Shown here: one piece after another, positions 13,743 through 16,462 of the stretch | Layout: each line of letters begins with the position of its first letter | How positions within the stretch are numbered: position 1 is the first letter of the stretch | From: a virus | Taxonomy: Duplodnaviria > Heunggongvirae > Uroviricota > Caudoviricetes | IMG/VR virus record: IMGVR_UViG_3300000059_000156 | Coordinates: 1 to 16,462 of that record | Strand: one strand, 5' to 3' | Length of the DNA: 16,462 nucleotides | Notes under the pieces: model-generated | Told to the model about the DNA's origin: nothing | Seen by the model: the letters and a program-made list of their open reading frames with translations, nothing else | Databases searched by the model: none | Made by a program: the position numbers and the translations under genes

Positions 13743-15591
13743 GTGGGCTGATAAATATTTTTATCTCCCTGAGGGCTCCAGCCACATCGCTGGCCACTGG
13801 ACGACTCAGCCGGTCCAGGTAGTGATGCTCAATATGATGACTAACGACGCGATAAAAATCGTGTCTGTTCGCAAATCAGCTCGTCTCGGTTATACAAAAA
13901 TACTCGTCGCGGCGCTGCTCTATTTCGCTGAGCACAAAAAACGTAGTGCCGTGGTCTATCAGCCTATCGATGACGAATCGGATGGATTTGTCGCCGATGA
14001 GGTTGACCCCGCTATCGCCGAAATGCCGGTGATTCAGAAAATTTTCCCCGACTGGGATAAAAGCAACGAGCGTAACAATCTCCAGCGTAAAGAAATGAAC
14101 GGCGCGATTATTGATTTTCGCGGCGCGAGTACGCCAGGAAATTTCCGGCGACTAACGAAACAGGTTGTCGAGGGTGACGAAGTTGACGGCTGGCCGCTGG
14201 AAGTTGCCAAAAAAGGCAAAGGCGAGGGCTCGCCCATCGAACTGGCGCTCGTTCGAATTAAAGGGGCAGCGTACCCGAAGGCGATTTTCGGTTCGACACC
14301 GACAGTCACCGGTAAAAGTCATATCGAAATGTTGGAAGACGCTGCTGATCTGACATTTCGTTTTTACCTGAAGTGTCCGCATTGTAGCGAGGAGCAGACC
14401 CTGGTATTTGGTTTCGACGGTATCGAATACGGTCTCAAGTGGGATGACAGCCTGCAGACCAACGAGTCGAAATCGTCGTCCGCGTATTACCAGTGCTGCC
14501 ACTGCCCGGAGCATTTTTACTATCGCGATCTCGAAAAAATGGAGCTCGGGGGGCGCTGGATAGCCGAGGACTGCACCTGGACCCGAGACGGAATCCATTT
14601 TTTTGATCATGACGGTGGCGTCGTTCGCGCGCCGAAACACGCGGCGATCGTGATAAACGCCCTGTATTCACTGAATCTCGACGGCTGGGGCGAGATTGTC
14701 AGCGAGTGGCTGAAAGCGAAGGGCGAACCACTCAAAGAAAAAACGTTTCATAACACTACGCTCGGCGAACTCTGGAGCGAAGTGGCCAGCGAGCAGCTGG
14801 AACACGATATTCTCGTTAATCGCCGGGAAAGATACGCCAGCCAGGTTCCTGACGGTGTTGTTTATATAACCGGCGGCATCGACTCTCAGACGTCCGGGCG
14901 CTACGAGTGTTACGTGTGGGGCTGGGGAGCCGAGGAGGAGTGCTGGCTGATTGATAAAACAATCGTCCTCGGTCGCTACGACGAGGAGGATACGCTGCAG
15001 CGCGTCGACGGCGTGATTCGCAAACAATACCGGCGCAGCGACGGGACCACAATCGGCGTCAGTCGCTGGGCGTGGGATACCGGCGGCATAGATGCGCAGG
15101 TCGTTTATAACCGCTCGCTGAAACTCGGTCCGCTGTGGGTCATTCCAATCAAGGGCGCGAGCTCATACGGCCAGCCGGTCGTAAATATGCCTCGTACCCG
15201 TAACGCGAATAAAGTGTATTTGTCGTTGATTGGGACAGATACAGCGAAAGACCTGCTCGCAATGCGCCTGCAGCTGGAACCCGACTCCAAATCGGCGACA
15301 CCAGGTGCGATTCATTTTCCCAACGACGACGAAATATTCAGCACGACAGAGGCAAAACAGCTCGTCTCCGAGGTTCTGATCCCGAAACTCATTAACGGTC
15401 GCGTCGTTTATCGTTGGGACAACCAGGGCCGGCGAAATGAGGCGCTCGACTGCTGGGTGTACGGACTGGCAGCGCTGCGTATCAGTAAAATTCGTTTCCA
15501 GCTCAATCTCGAGACGCTCGCTGAGCAACGGAAAAAATCACAAAACAAACTGTCTCTCGAGGAGATGGCCAGAATGCTCGGAGGGAGCTAA
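13630..15591 (+). CDS. A: Terminase large subunit, lambda gpA homolog
   Basis: Extensive by-eye alignment to lambda gpA (VKWADKYFYLP vs VEWADANYYLP; KCPHCSEEQ vs ACPHCGEEQ; IPIKGASSYGQPVVNMPRTRN vs IPIKGASVYGKPVASMPRKRN; RNEALDCWVYGLAALRIS vs RNEALDCFVYALAALRIS). Start is uncertain: 13630 gives a 113-nt overlap with the small subunit gene; in-frame ATGs at 13669 and 13729 are alternatives. Confidence 0.9.
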   Translation: MNWQTYESTSAITMSAISNAISTGLNPLRVTIPMTGVKWADKYFYLPEGSSHIAGHWTTQPVQVVMLNMMTNDAIKIVSVRKSARLGYTKILVAALLYFAEHKKRSAVVYQPIDDESDGFVADEVDPAIAEMPVIQKIFPDWDKSNERNNLQRKEMNGAIIDFRGASTPGNFRRLTKQVVEGDEVDGWPLEVAKKGKGEGSPIELALVRIKGAAYPKAIFGSTPTVTGKSHIEMLEDAADLTFRFYLKCPHCSEEQTLVFGFDGIEYGLKWDDSLQTNESKSSSAYYQCCHCPEHFYYRDLEKMELGGRWIAEDCTWTRDGIHFFDHDGGVVRAPKHAAIVINALYSLNLDGWGEIVSEWLKAKGEPLKEKTFHNTTLGELWSEVASEQLEHDILVNRRERYASQVPDGVVYITGGIDSQTSGRYECYVWGWGAEEECWLIDKTIVLGRYDEEDTLQRVDGVIRKQYRRSDGTTIGVSRWAWDTGGIDAQVVYNRSLKLGPLWVIPIKGASSYGQPVVNMPRTRNANKVYLSLIGTDTAKDLLAMRLQLEPDSKSATPGAIHFPNDDEIFSTTEAKQLVSEVLIPKLINGRVVYRWDNQGRRNEALDCWVYGLAALRISKIRFQLNLETLAEQRKKSQNKLSLEEMARMLGGS

Positions 15592-15824
15592 TGACGTCGC
15601 GCGAGGTTTTAACAGAACGACTGCTGGAAGCGGAAATCGCTCTGCACAAATTATTAACGGGTAAATCGACCGTGTCGCTGTCTCACGGCGATTCAGCAGG
15701 AAATAACCGGAGCTATCAATACTCGCAGGCGAGTATTGAGCAGCTCCGAACGTACATTATCGAGCTGAAATCACAGCTCGGTCTGAGTACGGGACGCCGT
15801 CGGCCCGTGGGAGTTCGATTATGA
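15591..15824 (+). CDS. W: Head-tail joining / head completion protein, lambda gpW homolog
   Basis: 77-aa ORF aligning to lambda gpW (LHKLLTGK ... LRTYIIELKSQLGLSTGRRRP vs LHDLMTGK ... [21 protein letters not shown]); start overlaps the terminase stop (TAATG). Confidence 0.85.
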   Translation: MTSREVLTERLLEAEIALHKLLTGKSTVSLSHGDSAGNNRSYQYSQASIEQLRTYIIELKSQLGLSTGRRRPVGVRL

Positions 15825-16462
15825 CTGCTCCGCAGCAGCTGCTCGGGCCTGACGGTAAAACGCCACTACGCCGTTACGCGGGGTATAACGGCGGCGGTCC
15901 CGGTTTCGGTGGCCAGCTGATTGACTGGAACGCACCACAGCAGAGCGCCGACGCAGCACTGTTGCCGAATTTTTATCGCGGTAACGCGCGAGCAGACGAT
16001 CTCGTTCGCAATAACGGCGTCGCGTCGAACGCCGTGCAGCTGCACCAGGATCATATCGTCGGCAATCTGTTTAAGTTGAGTTATCACCCTAACTGGCGTT
16101 ACCTCGGCATATCTCGCGAGGACGCCAGGGCGCTGGCGCGTGACGTCGAGGTAGCGTGGACTGAATACGCCGAGGACCCTCACTGCACGATTGATATCGA
16201 GCGGAAACGGACGTTCACAATGATGATCCGCGAGGGCGTGGCTACTCACGCTTTCAACGGTGAAACCTGCGTACAACCAGTCTGGGAGAGTAGTGCCGGC
16301 AGCGTTTTTCGGACGCGATTCAAAATGGTCTCACCGAAACGGATTCGAAATCCGGGTTACGCAGCTGACACTCAATTTCGCCGCGCCGGTGTTGATATCG
16401 ATAAAAACGGGGCCGCGGTCGGGTACTGGATAGCCGAGGATACTTACCCTCTCGGCGGAGTC
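15821..16462 (+). CDS. B: Portal protein, lambda gpB homolog (5' part only; gene runs off the window end)
   Basis: ATG at 15821 overlaps the gpW stop (ATGA). My translation MTAPQQLLGPDGKTPLRRYAGYNGGGPGFGGQLIDWNAPQQSADAALLPNFYRGNARADDLVRNNG... matches the lambda gpB N-terminus closely. Absent from the ORF track because no stop occurs within the window. Confidence 0.85.
   Translation, partial: MTAPQQLLGPDGKTPLRRYAGYNGGGPGFGGQLIDWNAPQQSADAALLPNFYRGNARADDLVRNNGVASNAVQLHQDHIVGNLFKLSYHPNWRYLGISREDARALARDVEVAWTEYAEDPHCTIDIERKRTFTMMIREGVATHAFNGETCVQPVWESSAGSVFRTRFKMVSPKRIRNPGYAADTQFRRAGVDIDKNGAAVGYWIAEDTYPLGGV

Larger units (their letters stand above)
1..16462. mobile_element. Segment of a lambdoid (lambda-like) prophage; neither prophage end nor an integrase is inside the window
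   Basis: Gene order Q-like gene -> lysis cassette -> cos-like region -> terminase small/large -> gpW -> portal matches the lambda late region. The terminase large subunit, gpW and portal translations align by eye to remembered lambda gpA, gpW and gpB sequences (e.g. CPHCSEEQ vs CPHCGEEQ; IPIKGAS-YG-PV; NEALDC-VY-LAALRIS; portal LLGPDG-T-LR-YAGY-GGG-GFGGQL). Confidence 0.85.

Noticed and set aside
14034-16276. Minus-strand ORFs inside the terminase and portal genes (14034-14309, 14152-14640, 14435-14671, 14668-15027, 14816-15052, 15105-15290, 15163-15528, 15866-16276) and plus-strand 14165-14353, 15437-15664
   Set aside because: The plus-strand frames here align along their full length to lambda gpA, gpW and gpB, so these are shadow ORFs.
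1-16462. CRISPR arrays, tRNA/rRNA genes, integrase or transposase, IS elements
   Set aside because: No regularly spaced direct repeats, no cloverleaf-capable GC-rich 70-90 nt segments, and no ORF with recombinase or transposase motifs were seen on either strand.

Overview
This window is a segment of a lambdoid (lambda-like) enterobacterial prophage, with a ~5 kb AT-rich accessory island that is the best candidate for an undescribed system. No searches were run: every functional call rests on motifs read in the translations, gene order, and remembered family patterns. The left end (217-1011) encodes an antirepressor-like protein behind a repeat-rich, hairpin-containing leader. The island (about 1.2-6.1 kb, roughly 30-35% GC by eye against ~50% for the rest) carries four non-structural genes: a translationally coupled 4-TM membrane protein plus class I SAM-methyltransferase-fold protein, a minus-strand protein with a SMEK-like N-terminal domain, and a 450-aa protein with an N-terminal PD-(D/E)xK nuclease motif. 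To its right is ordinary phage backbone: an ImmA/IrrE-type metallopeptidase plus membrane protein operon (minus strand), hypothetical genes, a nin-region-like coupled operon (DUF1367-like, YbcO-like, small ORF, Q-like antiterminator), a candidate late promoter and terminator, a lysis cassette, an opposite-strand moron, a putative cos region, and lambda-like packaging genes (terminase small and large subunits, gpW, and the 5' part of portal gpB running off the window). No tRNA, rRNA, CRISPR array or transposase was seen.
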